Source: Promethearchaeota archaeon (GTDB lineage Archaea > Asgardarchaeota > Thorarchaeia > Thorarchaeales > Thorarchaeaceae). Taken from it: a stretch of DNA of 64,000 bases. The translations under genes and the position numbers were made by a program. Positions 19,489-29,373 of this stretch are shown here, piece by piece. The stretch covers positions 10,742 through 74,741 of the forward strand of contig JBHLPF010000017.1 of the NCBI GenBank assembly GCA_048939765.1, in the 5' to 3' direction. How positions within the stretch are numbered: position 1 is the first letter of the stretch; each line of letters begins with the position of its first letter. The notes beneath the pieces are model-generated. The model worked only from the letters and a program-made list of their open reading frames with translations, did not search any database and was not told the origin of the DNA.

Positions 19489-22400
19489 CTAGACCCCAAA
19501 GAACTCCTTTGGATCGGCCTTTGCATCCTCCTTCTTGCGCCATTCGCGTTCTGCCTTCCGACGACGACTTTCCTCCTTCTCACGTCGACGCTCTTCCTTG
19601 CTCATGCGCTTCGTCTTCTTGGACACTCTGTCGCCACGTTTTCTCCTAGTATAGATTGAGGCTCCAACAATTGCAGCGAACACTCCTCCAACCAATAGGA
19701 GTAGTTCCCATGGAAAGGCACGGATGGTCATGAAACCATGTAGAACTACTGTGAGTGAGTCATATCCCGCTTTTGCACCAGTCAAGTGCAAACTATACGT
19801 ACCGACACGGCCCCGTGTCCAGTCTTCAGTAAGTGTCATTGTATACAGACCAGGTTCTGCTGATGCAACGACTGTGATCTCGGTCGAATTCAACCATGAA
19901 TGCAGGCTGACTTGCCCAATACCAGCACCACTGCGAGTCGTGATTTCCAGCGTAATGATGACTCGATCGCCCTCCCAGATGATAATCTGATTCAGACTTG
20001 CTGCATGAAGAACCAACGATGGCATGCTACTCCACAATGCAGCATTTACGACCGTCTGGTTGCGAGCAGTCCCAGTAGGACGCGTTGTAGTCACAGCAAG
20101 CTTCCCTGAACCAACCACGCCTGCCAAGATGACCGGATTTGTGCCCTCCGTGGCTAGAACCGTCATGTTCTCTGGAAAGGAAGTGAAATGATCTTGATAG
20201 TCAATTGATGACGTCAATACATTTGGCATTGACATGAGCGGATGATTCGGGTCCTCAATCACAATTGTTGAACCGGAGCTTGTGCCTGTGGACACTGCCC
20301 AAGGGAGCCAACTCAAATCACCCGAAACACCCATGAGAACGAGTGTACCGCCTAGCTCGACATAGCTCTTGATGTCTTGGGTCATCGGGACCAGGCCTGT
20401 TGAGAGAGATGGAAGCGAACCGGGCTCAACCAAAACAGTAGATCGTAGAGGCAAGAGCCATTGAGAATCCGTAATATTTGAATCATCATAGAAATCATGA
20501 GCTATTGAAAAATCATCCAGAGTTCGGGGCAGGTAATCAGTTGTACCTAGAGCAGCGACTGCTGGAACTCCTCGGCCCGGCTGATGTTCATCAAGTGATA
20601 TATCACCTGGATCAACAGAAGAGATTCGCGGGGAACTTGCCGGAGAGTATAGATGCACTTCTGGATCACCAAAGAGCACCTGCTGGTCCCCATAGTCACG
20701 TGGATCACGACCTATCAGCGGATCAGAATAGTCGTGCGAAATCCTAGCAAGGGCCTCACTGAGGGCAGAACCCGTCGTGTTGCCACTACAGAGAGCTTCA
20801 GTTATCTGAATTGAAAGAGTCCCTGCGGGCTGGAAGTATACTGTCCGAGGAGAAGCGACCACTCCCACGGCTCCGTGCTCCATTAGCATGATAGGGAGCC
20901 TTGTCCCACCTAGTAGGCAGGCAGTCAAGATGACGATTGGAGAGCCAATGTTACCTATTGTAGCCTCCAAATCGTCAGTTGATTTCATCACATGATGAGC
21001 GTATTCAGCTTCATAGGCAACTGGGTTCACCAGATGATCAGCGTCAGAGGGACTTTCACGGGTTGTCTCACTGACTTCAAATCCCCATTTGGCATCTTGG
21101 TCCCTTAGAGAGAAAAGACCTGGGCCATTCGGTCGCTGAGGAGGGTCTCGAGGGCCTTGGGTCAGAGTACCATGAGTGCTCATAGACCAAAGAGCAAGCT
21201 GAGTGTCTACTGTGGCAAAGACTTCATCGGCACCGACGTGAGTTACTACATTGAAATCAGCGTCCTGAAGGGCCGTTGTGGTGTCTTCAATCTGCCAAAT
21301 CTCATAGCCATTGAGGAAGTTATCTACGAAGGGCGATCCATCAGTGTAGGCATAGAATGTTAGCATCGCATCATCGGCGGAGTCAGATGTCAGGAATAGG
21401 AATCTATGATGTGCAGCCCTGTTAATCAGGACCGAAGCTAGTGCGGGGTCTCCAGTCGGTATGCGTCCAGCTTGGAAATGACTCTGCAATGATCTATCGA
21501 AGCTGACTTTGATGAGCTCTGGCGAAGACACAACAACGACTGATTGCGGATCAGTTGCATTGTATGCCCCGCGATCGGCAAGAAAGACTTCAAAATCATT
21601 CACCGATTGCCTCATTGAGTAGGTATTTGGAATTCGTTCATCATACCAGCCATTTTCGTGCCTTGTAGTCCATCTACTTGTTATGTAGATGTCAATCTCG
21701 GGACCTATCAGATATGGCGCCCAAGTTTCCTCGGCTCTTGTTGTGAGGTAATTGTCATCACCGCACAGTGAGAATATCGGCGCGCCGTGAAATGCCGCTG
21801 AATATGCAGCAGGGGCGAATACTTCATTTCCATTTCCGAAGGGCACAGTCACCACAATGTCATTCTCTTCAGACAACGCCCTAATCCATTGTGTCGTCAG
21901 AAGGTAGCTCTCCAAGGAAGTTAAGAAGGAGAAGGCGTCGAGTTCGGTTTCCAGGGCAGCGGCATGGATGTTTGCAGGATCGACCAGAAAGCTGACATTG
22001 ACACCTAGTTTCTGAACTGCATTGCGTGTGGCTTCTGGAATTGAATCCTCTGTCACGTAGAGTAGCGGCGCATTGAGCAATGATGCAAGAACAGCTCCAT
22101 TAGCTGCCGATTCGAGATATGCCTGGAGGCCAGAGGGCAATGTTGATACGGCCCAAGAGAGATCCACATTATTCTCTTCTTCGGTGGCATCAATCCAGGA
22201 TAGCAGTATTGTCCAGTCCCCGGCCACGGGGTATGGAATCTCCACTGTTTCACTGCTAAGGCCAGCCAAGATACTGCCTGCAGGAGCCCATTGAACCAGT
22301 CTACCACTTGGACCCACGAGTGCCAGATTGAGATCTGTTGCGGAGTTATCCCAGGTTATCGTGGCATTGAGCCATTGAGCATCCGAGGGAACAGATACCG

Positions 22401-23331
22401 TTTGAGTAAAGCCCGGATGATATTTCACCTCACAGCTTAGGTCGGTAGTTCCAGATGATAGGCGCTCAACAGCCATGGTCCAGGTTCCGTCTTGTGTCTT
22501 CGGGTACCAGAACTTCAGGGGAACTAGCGAAGCAACATATGATGGCTGTCGCTCGAAATACACTTGACTATATACGGAGTAGTCTACAATTGCACCGTTT
22601 GGATCGCGAAGTTGATGTGTATGCAGGTCACTACCTGACCAATCGAATGATCCTTCCATCCAACCTGCGGATGTAGGAGGCGTGAAGGTGATGTTAGCAA
22701 TTTCTGTGTAATTGACAATTGTATTTGAGGTATAAGAAGACAAAGCCGCGTCAACAAACTGGAAACTTGCTTCTCCAGATGTCACTGAGGGTGCCGGGAA
22801 ACTGTCCTTGGCCAATGCGAAGACTGCAATATCGCTTGTAGCCCAATCCATCGCTGCAAGTTGTGCTGCAACCTCTGCGGAGTCAGATGCTGTGATCCGA
22901 GGATATACCTGTACTCCGGTCATGTCCTGAATGCTATCCACAAGAGAGTTGGACAGGTTTCCGACACCAACTATCTGGGTAGGACCCCCATCTGGTTCAA
23001 GATATTCAGTCCAATCATTTACAAGCCATGCTTCGGACTGAGAACCGGAGGCCATGATGAGGGGAGATATGTATTGATTTCCTCCGGATAGAAAGACACT
23101 ATTTGGAATACCAGCCATATATGCGAATTCGTCGAAATATGAGGAGGAATCCTGAGCAACGAAGGTAGCTCTCCTCATTGGAATGGTTTCATTTGGCATG
23201 CTGCTTAACAATGATTCTTGTAGCGGTGCAACGGTACTGGCGCTATACATTTTGCTAGGTAGTGCTACAAGTGGCATGAAAAGAGGCGCCAGGATCAAGA
23301 ACAGCAGCAAAACCGCCATTTGCTTCTGCAT
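19489..23331 (-). CDS. Large secreted, C-terminally membrane-anchored protein with CWB2-like repeats and a C25/gingipain-like (clan CD) domain
   Basis: Signal peptide MQKQMAVLLLFLILAP; NGAVLASLLNAPLLYV; STHG...LTACL...VLFGDP; C-terminal TM followed by a basic tail. Confidence 0.7.
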   Translation of the reverse strand: MQKQMAVLLLFLILAPLFMPLVALPSKMYSASTVAPLQESLLSSMPNETIPMRRATFVAQDSSSYFDEFAYMAGIPNSVFLSGGNQYISPLIMASGSQSEAWLVNDWTEYLEPDGGPTQIVGVGNLSNSLVDSIQDMTGVQVYPRITASDSAEVAAQLAAMDWATSDIAVFALAKDSFPAPSVTSGEASFQFVDAALSSYTSNTIVNYTEIANITFTPPTSAGWMEGSFDWSGSDLHTHQLRDPNGAIVDYSVYSQVYFERQPSYVASLVPLKFWYPKTQDGTWTMAVERLSSGTTDLSCEVKYHPGFTQTVSVPSDAQWLNATITWDNSATDLNLALVGPSGRLVQWAPAGSILAGLSSETVEIPYPVAGDWTILLSWIDATEEENNVDLSWAVSTLPSGLQAYLESAANGAVLASLLNAPLLYVTEDSIPEATRNAVQKLGVNVSFLVDPANIHAAALETELDAFSFLTSLESYLLTTQWIRALSEENDIVVTVPFGNGNEVFAPAAYSAAFHGAPIFSLCGDDNYLTTRAEETWAPYLIGPEIDIYITSRWTTRHENGWYDERIPNTYSMRQSVNDFEVFLADRGAYNATDPQSVVVVSSPELIKVSFDRSLQSHFQAGRIPTGDPALASVLINRAAHHRFLFLTSDSADDAMLTFYAYTDGSPFVDNFLNGYEIWQIEDTTTALQDADFNVVTHVGADEVFATVDTQLALWSMSTHGTLTQGPRDPPQRPNGPGLFSLRDQDAKWGFEVSETTRESPSDADHLVNPVAYEAEYAHHVMKSTDDLEATIGNIGSPIVILTACLLGGTRLPIMLMEHGAVGVVASPRTVYFQPAGTLSIQITEALCSGNTTGSALSEALARISHDYSDPLIGRDPRDYGDQQVLFGDPEVHLYSPASSPRISSVDPGDISLDEHQPGRGVPAVAALGTTDYLPRTLDDFSIAHDFYDDSNITDSQWLLPLRSTVLVEPGSLPSLSTGLVPMTQDIKSYVELGGTLVLMGVSGDLSWLPWAVSTGTSSGSTIVIEDPNHPLMSMPNVLTSSIDYQDHFTSFPENMTVLATEGTNPVILAGVVGSGKLAVTTTRPTGTARNQTVVNAALWSSMPSLVLHAASLNQIIIWEGDRVIITLEITTRSGAGIGQVSLHSWLNSTEITVVASAEPGLYTMTLTEDWTRGRVGTYSLHLTGAKAGYDSLTVVLHGFMTIRAFPWELLLLVGGVFAAIVGASIYTRRKRGDRVSKKTKRMSKEERRREKEESRRRKAEREWRKKEDAKADPKEFFGV

Positions 23332-23460
23332 TCCAGCCGTCAAGGTACGTACTCCTATCTCTGAATGCAAAACACATCAGAATGTGACATATAGTGTTTT
23401 TTCATGTGGCTTCTTGTGTGAAATATCAATAAAATCCGCCATGGGACGAACATATGCCTG

Positions 23461-24393
23461 CTACTCGACGAAATCCAGAAGGTCTTCATCAAAGTCGTCA
23501 TCTGGACCTTCAGGTTCCTCTTCTTCATCAGGTAATGCATCGATTATATCGTCAATCACCCGTCTCAACCTACGTCTAGTAGATTTGGGTATGTCCCAGA
23601 GCTTCTGTTCCGCCCGCTCAACAACCTCTCTCGCAATATCGTAGATTTCCGCATCCAGATAGTTCTGTGCTGCCTCAGTGAAGTGCTCAGCGGACTTCCT
23701 CTGATTCCCATCCATCTCTGCAATGTCTCCCAGTAGGGAAAGAGCATCCGCTATTCCTGCTTTGTCGTCAATGTCACGATAGATCTTGAGAGCCTTCTTG
23801 AACTCCTTATCAGCTGACACCCAATCTTCCTTATCTGCATAGGCATTGCCAACATCCATAATGGTGCTAGCTACACCCTGCTGATTGTCAACTGTTTTGT
23901 AGGCCTTCTGAGCTTTCTTGAAGAAGGATAGAGCTTGATCGAACTCACCGAGACCGTTTTTTGCGAGGGCCAGCGCATACATTGCATCCGCAGCACCGTC
24001 CTCATTAGATGTCTTTTGAAAGAGCTTGATTGCTTTCTCACATGATTTAGCGGCTTCCTCCCATTGTTCGAGGTTGATTTGTGCCACTCCGAGGTTGTAC
24101 AAGGCATCACTGATGCCATTTTCATCTTTCAGCTCGGTGTAGATATTCAGCGAGTCCTTGAAGCAATTTAGCGCCTCTTCATATTCAGCTACTGACATGT
24201 AGATGTTTCCGACTGCATTGAGTATTTTCGCTGCATCGTCTTTTGCTCCAGCTTCTAGGGCTGCATTTGCCTGCTCCAAAAGCTCAGCTGGATCCAAATC
24301 ATCTATTTCAGCATCTTCTTCGCTCAAGAGGGACTCACCTTCAAGTGAAGAAAGTGGCGGACTCCATCTCTTTTGAGCCTTTCTGCGCATCAC
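23461..24393 (-). CDS. TPR-repeat protein with acidic termini
   Basis: About five 40-aa repeats (e.g. ALYNLGVAQINLEQWEEAAKSCEKAI). Confidence 0.9.
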   Translation of the reverse strand: MMRRKAQKRWSPPLSSLEGESLLSEEDAEIDDLDPAELLEQANAALEAGAKDDAAKILNAVGNIYMSVAEYEEALNCFKDSLNIYTELKDENGISDALYNLGVAQINLEQWEEAAKSCEKAIKLFQKTSNEDGAADAMYALALAKNGLGEFDQALSFFKKAQKAYKTVDNQQGVASTIMDVGNAYADKEDWVSADKEFKKALKIYRDIDDKAGIADALSLLGDIAEMDGNQRKSAEHFTEAAQNYLDAEIYDIAREVVERAEQKLWDIPKSTRRRLRRVIDDIIDALPDEEEEPEGPDDDFDEDLLDFVE

Positions 24394-25094
24394 TAACGAG
24401 CCATTATCAAGTTGGGATTCTCTAGAAGAGCTCTTACAGCATCCTTAACCTCAAATTGTTCGTCGCCAACCTGCACTTCAAGGAGCTTTCTAAGCTCGAA
24501 TCTTCGAAGGTATCCGACTGCCTGTTCTCTTTCGACATTGAGCCCCTTCATTAGTTTCGCGAGGCCATTCTTGGATCCGCTGTACTCTGCAAACTTGGAG
24601 AAGACACTACTCCATTGCATCATAGTGAGGAACAGAAGTGTTCTCAGAACTCTGTCAACGTTTTCACCGGTCTTTGCAGAGCACGGAATCACCGCTTGAC
24701 CAGCCAGGAATGTCATGTTATTGCGAAGTTGGTCCACTGGCCTGGCTTCAGGTAAGTCCTGCTTGTTTGCAGCCACAACACAGGGCACTCCTGGAAGAAA
24801 GAATGCAATTTCTCTGAAGAACAACTTTGCTCTTGCGTCGGACTCTGGATCAGCCGAGTCAACTGCAAAGATTATTCCGTCTGCGCCTTCACTCAGGATT
24901 TTCCTTATAGTTCTGAACCGGAGAAGGCCCGGTGTTCCGAACAGAAAAACACTAAGTCCCCCAACATTGGCCATGCCATGGTCCATAGCTATGGTGGTGC
25001 CTCGACGTTCGATATTGATGCATTGGCCATCAGTAATGTGATTCACAAGGAGGCTTTTTCCAGATTCGTACGGCCCTGTGACGATAATCTTCAT
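24393..25094 (-). CDS. Small GTPase (MglA/COG2229-like) with a C-terminal helical/HTH-like extension
   Basis: GPYESGKS, TTIAMDHG, LFGTPGL, ANKQD, CSAK. Confidence 0.88.
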   Translation of the reverse strand: MKIIVTGPYESGKSLLVNHITDGQCINIERRGTTIAMDHGMANVGGLSVFLFGTPGLLRFRTIRKILSEGADGIIFAVDSADPESDARAKLFFREIAFFLPGVPCVVAANKQDLPEARPVDQLRNNMTFLAGQAVIPCSAKTGENVDRVLRTLLFLTMMQWSSVFSKFAEYSGSKNGLAKLMKGLNVEREQAVGYLRRFELRKLLEVQVGDEQFEVKDAVRALLENPNLIMAR

Positions 25095-25193
25095 GGAACT
25101 GCACCTGTGTTCTTACAGAGGGTTGATTCCAGAGTAAAACTCTGAGTGTTAAATGGTTTGCCGTCTTCTACTCAGCCTGTTATAATCCGCTCC

Positions 25194-25287
25194 CTTTCGT
25201 TTACACTTGTAGAAATGAGTGACAAAGTGAGACCGGCCGCTCGCAGCAGCAGTCCTCCACCTTCATCCCGTGAGTGGTTTACGAAAG
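25194..25287 (-). promoter_or_regulatory. Candidate SECIS stem-loop in the selD 3' UTR
   Basis: Starts 3 nt after the stop: outer CUUUCGU/ACGAAAG and CACU/AGUG pairs, inner GAUGAAGGUGGAGGACUG-CUGC(UGCGA)GCGG-CCGGUCUCACUUUGUC hairpin. Confidence 0.5.
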
Positions 25288-25290
25288 ATA

Positions 25291-26334
25291 TCATGGGAAC
25301 TCGGTCTCAATGAACTCTACACCCTTAGCCAGTTTGGCCTCAGGCGTTCCCATGGGCTCTGCTGATTCGCCAATGATCCAGCAAGGCAGCCCTTTCCCTC
25401 TGAGAATGTCACAGAACTCATTTACTTTTTCGGGTTGGAGGAAGACTAGCATCCCCCCAGCTGTTTCAGCAGCTAATCCCGCTCTGAGTTTGTGACCAAA
25501 GAAGGCGGCCAAATCAAGACTTCCTTGTATAACAGGTACCTGATTTATCAGAACATCTACGCCGCTTCTTCTGGCGACAGTTCTCGCATGGCCTAGAAGG
25601 CCAAATCCTGTGACATCTGTCGCCGCTTGAGCACCGACCTCCTTCATAGCTTCAGCAACCTCAAGATTGCTAAATGTCATGATTTTCACTGCAGTTTCCT
25701 GCATTTTACGGAGTTCTTGCTCATTGAACTCAGCTAGAAGTGCATCACGTTTTTCATCCTGTAGATCTCTGTAGGACCTCATGGCAGATTGGATGCCAAG
25801 AGGCTTTGTCAAGACTATCTTGTTGCCGGGTTTGGCTCCATGAGAGTAGATTATTTCGTGTGGCTGAGCAATGCCAAGACATATTCCTCCAAAGACAGGG
25901 ATGGGGTTCGTAATTGTCTGGCCACCGGTAACGCTGCTATCGTGCCGTTTCATGAAATCATCCATCCCTTTGAGAACGCCAACAACGATATCTACATCCA
26001 TCTCCTTAGGATAACCAACGAAGGCTTGAAGCGATACGAGTTGAGTCGCCCCCATAGCGAAGACGTCATTGGAAGCATTGCAGGCCACAATCTCTCCCTG
26101 TATGTGCGGGTCATCGTGAATTGGCGTAAAGATGTCGACATTCTCGACTATGGCCACCTGGTCGTTGAGGACGCGAACCACAGCATCATCGCCGACTTCA
26201 CTCGCGCACGAAGTACCTAGCGACAGAATGCCTGTTTTCTCTAGAAGAAGGTCTAGATCGCCTTGCTTGACTTTACAGCTTCATCCATGGGTAGTAACCA
26301 TTGCAGTCAGTCGCACCTTATGCACTTGGTACAT
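25291..26334 (-). CDS. selD: Selenophosphate synthetase, a selenoprotein (UGA=Sec at codon 18, nt 26281-26283)
   Basis: From ATG 26334 (GGAGG upstream): MYQVHKVRLTAMVTTHG-U-SCKVKQGDL..., in frame with GDDAVV, NVDIFTP, NASNDVFAMG, GGQT, LTKPLG, TDVTGFGLLGH, ETAGG. Confidence 0.95.
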
Positions 26335-26467
26335 CGCCTCCGATTATTTATGGCCATAGGCCCAAAATGCTTAGTGGATGGCCCAGTAATAAAATGTCTT
26401 GTGGGCTGCTTCACAATCCTTATAGCAATATCCAGAAACCTGTCTTGTCAACCAGGAGTGAGAGGTC

Positions 26468-27913
26468 GTGAATATCAAAAAGCTGTCTGAGAACCTGTTC
26501 GAGATTCCTCAAGATACAAAACCATGCATGACTGTGCCTGTCAAAATCTATGCTTCTAGTTCTCTTGTCCAAAAGATGAAGCAAGACAAGACATTCGAGC
26601 AGGGGGCAAACGTTGCATGTCTGCCAGGCATATATTCTCACAGCACTATTCTTCCGGATGGCCATCAAGGGTATGGTTTCCCGATTGGCGGAGTAGCAGC
26701 CACTGATTATGAGAGTGGAGTGATATCCCCAGGTGGAGTGGGCTATGATATCAATTGTGGCGTTCGGGTGCTAACAACAAATCTGGATGAGGGAGATGTC
26801 AGACCGAAGCTAAGAGACCTGATAGAAACTCTCTTTCGTGATGTGCCCACTGGAGTAGGAAGAAGCGGAAAAATCCAGCTCTCAGATATGAGAGGCATTG
26901 AAGAGGTTCTAAAGAATGGGGCAGCTTGGGCTGTGGAAGAGGGATATGGGTGGGAAGAAGACCTGGACCATATCGAGGCGGGCGGTAATCTCGATATTGC
27001 AGATGCGTCAAAGGTTTCACAGCATGCAAAGAAGAGGGGGATGAGTCAGGTAGGAACACTCGGATCCGGAAATCACTTCCTCGAAATACAACTGGTCGAT
27101 GAGATTTATGATGAAGTCGCCGCAAGAGCCATGAACATAACAAGGAAGGGACAAGTCACGGTCATGATACATAGCGGCTCGAGAGGACTAGGTCATCAGG
27201 TATGCAGCGATTACATCAAGACTATGACCCAGGCCATGTCGAAGTATAACATTCAGGTTCCGGACAGAGAGCTCTGCAGTGCGCCTACAACATCTCCAGA
27301 GGGGCAGGCGTACCTTGGTGCAATGAGTGCAGCTGCCAACTTTGCGTGGGCCAACAGGCAGACCATGATGCACTGGACACGCGAGGTGTTCTCAAAAATT
27401 ATGGGACAGTCCGCTGAGGAGTTGGAGATGAAACTGATCTACGATGTTGCTCACAACATGGGAAAAGTGGAGGAGCATGACATCGAAGGAAGAAGAAGGA
27501 GAGTTGTTGTCCATAGAAAGGGTGCAACTCGTGCATTTCCAGCAGAGCATCCAGAAACCCCTTCGGAGTACAAGAGCATAGGACAACCCGTCCTGATTCC
27601 GGGCACAATGGGAACGGCATCCTATATCCTTGTAGGAAATCCTAAGGGCATGGAGCTGACGTTTGGCTCAACCGCCCATGGAGCAGGCCGGTTTATGAGC
27701 AGAAGTCGGGCCAAGAAGCAATTCTACGGTAAGGAGATTCAAAGCAGTCTTGCACGAGAAGGCATCATCGTGAAAGCTGCAAAGGGAATAGTCATCGCAG
27801 AAGAAGCCCCAGGAGCCTACAAGGATGTAGATGAAGTTGTGAGGGTTTCAGACGCTGTCGGTATTGCTACCAAGGCTGTGAGACTTCGTCCCATTGGTGT
27901 CATCAAGGGCTAG
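26468..27913 (+). CDS. rtcB: RNA-splicing ligase RtcB (no intein)
   Basis: PDGHQGYGFPIGG, VGYDINCG, GTLGSGNHF, HSGSRG, DVAHN, HRKGAT, HGAGR, EEAPGAYK. Confidence 0.98.
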   Translation: MNIKKLSENLFEIPQDTKPCMTVPVKIYASSSLVQKMKQDKTFEQGANVACLPGIYSHSTILPDGHQGYGFPIGGVAATDYESGVISPGGVGYDINCGVRVLTTNLDEGDVRPKLRDLIETLFRDVPTGVGRSGKIQLSDMRGIEEVLKNGAAWAVEEGYGWEEDLDHIEAGGNLDIADASKVSQHAKKRGMSQVGTLGSGNHFLEIQLVDEIYDEVAARAMNITRKGQVTVMIHSGSRGLGHQVCSDYIKTMTQAMSKYNIQVPDRELCSAPTTSPEGQAYLGAMSAAANFAWANRQTMMHWTREVFSKIMGQSAEELEMKLIYDVAHNMGKVEEHDIEGRRRRVVVHRKGATRAFPAEHPETPSEYKSIGQPVLIPGTMGTASYILVGNPKGMELTFGSTAHGAGRFMSRSRAKKQFYGKEIQSSLAREGIIVKAAKGIVIAEEAPGAYKDVDEVVRVSDAVGIATKAVRLRPIGVIKG

Positions 27914-28840
27914 GTTTCTGCTGCGCTCCTTTGAGGCGATGTCCACCATAACTAATGCAATTCCGAGTAGAATCACACCAAAGCCAATCATAGTCAGCGC
28001 CGTTGGCATTTCCCCAAGAAATATGACTGCAAGCAATGTTGCACCAATCGGCTCGCCCAGTACAGCAGAGGATACCACGTAGGCGGGCACCAAAGTGAGC
28101 AGATAATTGTTTACGGAGTGTCCAAGCGCGGTTGGAAAGATAGCAAGTGCCAGAAATATGATGACTTCGCGTGGGTCAAAGACAAGAACATTCAGACCCA
28201 GTGCCATGCAAAGCGGCAGAGTGGCAACTGCTGCGGATAGATAGACAACCGAAGTGTACACCGTAATGGGTAGTCCTTCAGCATACCTCCTTCCACCTAT
28301 GAAGTAGACTGCCAGAAAGAGAGCACTAAGCAGTGCAAGGGAGTCACCAGTGAGTGCGCCAAATCCTTCAGATATGAGGTCATTCCAAGCAAGAAGAATT
28401 GCTCCTCCCACTGCAACCAAAACGCCCATCCATGATTTTCTTCTCAACGATTCACCAAGAACCAACGTGGAAAAGATGGCGGTAAAGATTGGTGATGTAT
28501 TCACTAGAACCACACTTGCGGCAACGGTTGTCATGAAGAGAGATGTGAACCAAGTTGCGAAGTGAAAAGAGAGGACGATGCCAATGGCGGCTAACCAAAT
28601 CCAAGTTGCCTTCAATTGCGATCTCCGAAACGCTTTGAAATCCCCTCTGACTGCGCCGACACTGGCCATGATTATTGACCCATAGAGAGTCCTCCAGAAG
28701 ACGATTACCAAGGGAGGAGAGAGAATTGGATTGGCGAATCTGATTAGTATGCTCGCACTTGAAACCATTGAAACAGCAAGAATTAGGAGCATTACTGTGC
28801 GCGAATTGATGCCTGAGTCAATTCTTGGCTGTTCAATCAT
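27848..28840 (-). CDS. DMT/EamA family transporter
   Basis: About 10 TM segments in two EamA repeats; TSPIF and GEPIGA motifs. Confidence 0.9.
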   Translation of the reverse strand: MIEQPRIDSGINSRTVMLLILAVSMVSSASILIRFANPILSPPLVIVFWRTLYGSIIMASVGAVRGDFKAFRRSQLKATWIWLAAIGIVLSFHFATWFTSLFMTTVAASVVLVNTSPIFTAIFSTLVLGESLRRKSWMGVLVAVGGAILLAWNDLISEGFGALTGDSLALLSALFLAVYFIGGRRYAEGLPITVYTSVVYLSAAVATLPLCMALGLNVLVFDPREVIIFLALAIFPTALGHSVNNYLLTLVPAYVVSSAVLGEPIGATLLAVIFLGEMPTALTMIGFGVILLGIALVMVDIASKERSRNLALDDTNGTKSHSLGSNTDSV

Positions 28841-28853
28841 CTCAAAATCACAC

Positions 28854-29342
28854 TCAGGTTGTCAGTGAATTGCACGAAACACAGCGAAGTTGATCCTTGG
28901 ATGCTTCAACGACATGAGAATCGCAAACGGGACAATCATCAACAATGAGGCTAGCATAGTCGATTCTGTCTAACACTTGCGTCACTTCATCGATATCTAG
29001 ATAATTGAAAAGCACTTTCCCTGGCGCCCCAGCAACCATTCTTGATAGACCTCCAGATGCGGAGTCAAAGAACATAAGGATTGGCTTGGATAGCTCGATT
29101 GCCAGCATAATCTCCATTCCAACACCGTGTGAGGGACTTGAAACTTCTGCGACAAGAAAATCGCAGGCTCGCACCATGCGAACGTCTCGTTCATAGATTT
29201 CCTCTGGACCTGCAGGAGGATAGAGTTGAGGGGCAAAGACCTCAATCCCTTTCGCTTCTAGCAGATCAATGACGACTCTGTAGAAATCATCACGCCTGTC
29301 TTCAGCATGGATTATTGGACCGGATAGATATGCCAAGGTCAT
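28854..29342 (-). CDS. Nucleoside 2-deoxyribosyltransferase/DNPH1-like N-glycosidase with a C-terminal Zn ribbon
   Basis: YLSGPI, YERD, CDFLVAEVSSPSHGVGME; CPVC...CVSC. Confidence 0.85.
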   Translation of the reverse strand: MTLAYLSGPIIHAEDRRDDFYRVVIDLLEAKGIEVFAPQLYPPAGPEEIYERDVRMVRACDFLVAEVSSPSHGVGMEIMLAIELSKPILMFFDSASGGLSRMVAGAPGKVLFNYLDIDEVTQVLDRIDYASLIVDDCPVCDSHVVEASKDQLRCVSCNSLTT

Positions 29343-29373
29343 TCTTGACTTCACCACGATACGCAATGGCGAC

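Noticed and set aside
27848-27913. 66-nt convergent overlap of rtcB and the DMT gene
   Set aside because: Short 3' overlaps are common in compact archaeal genomes
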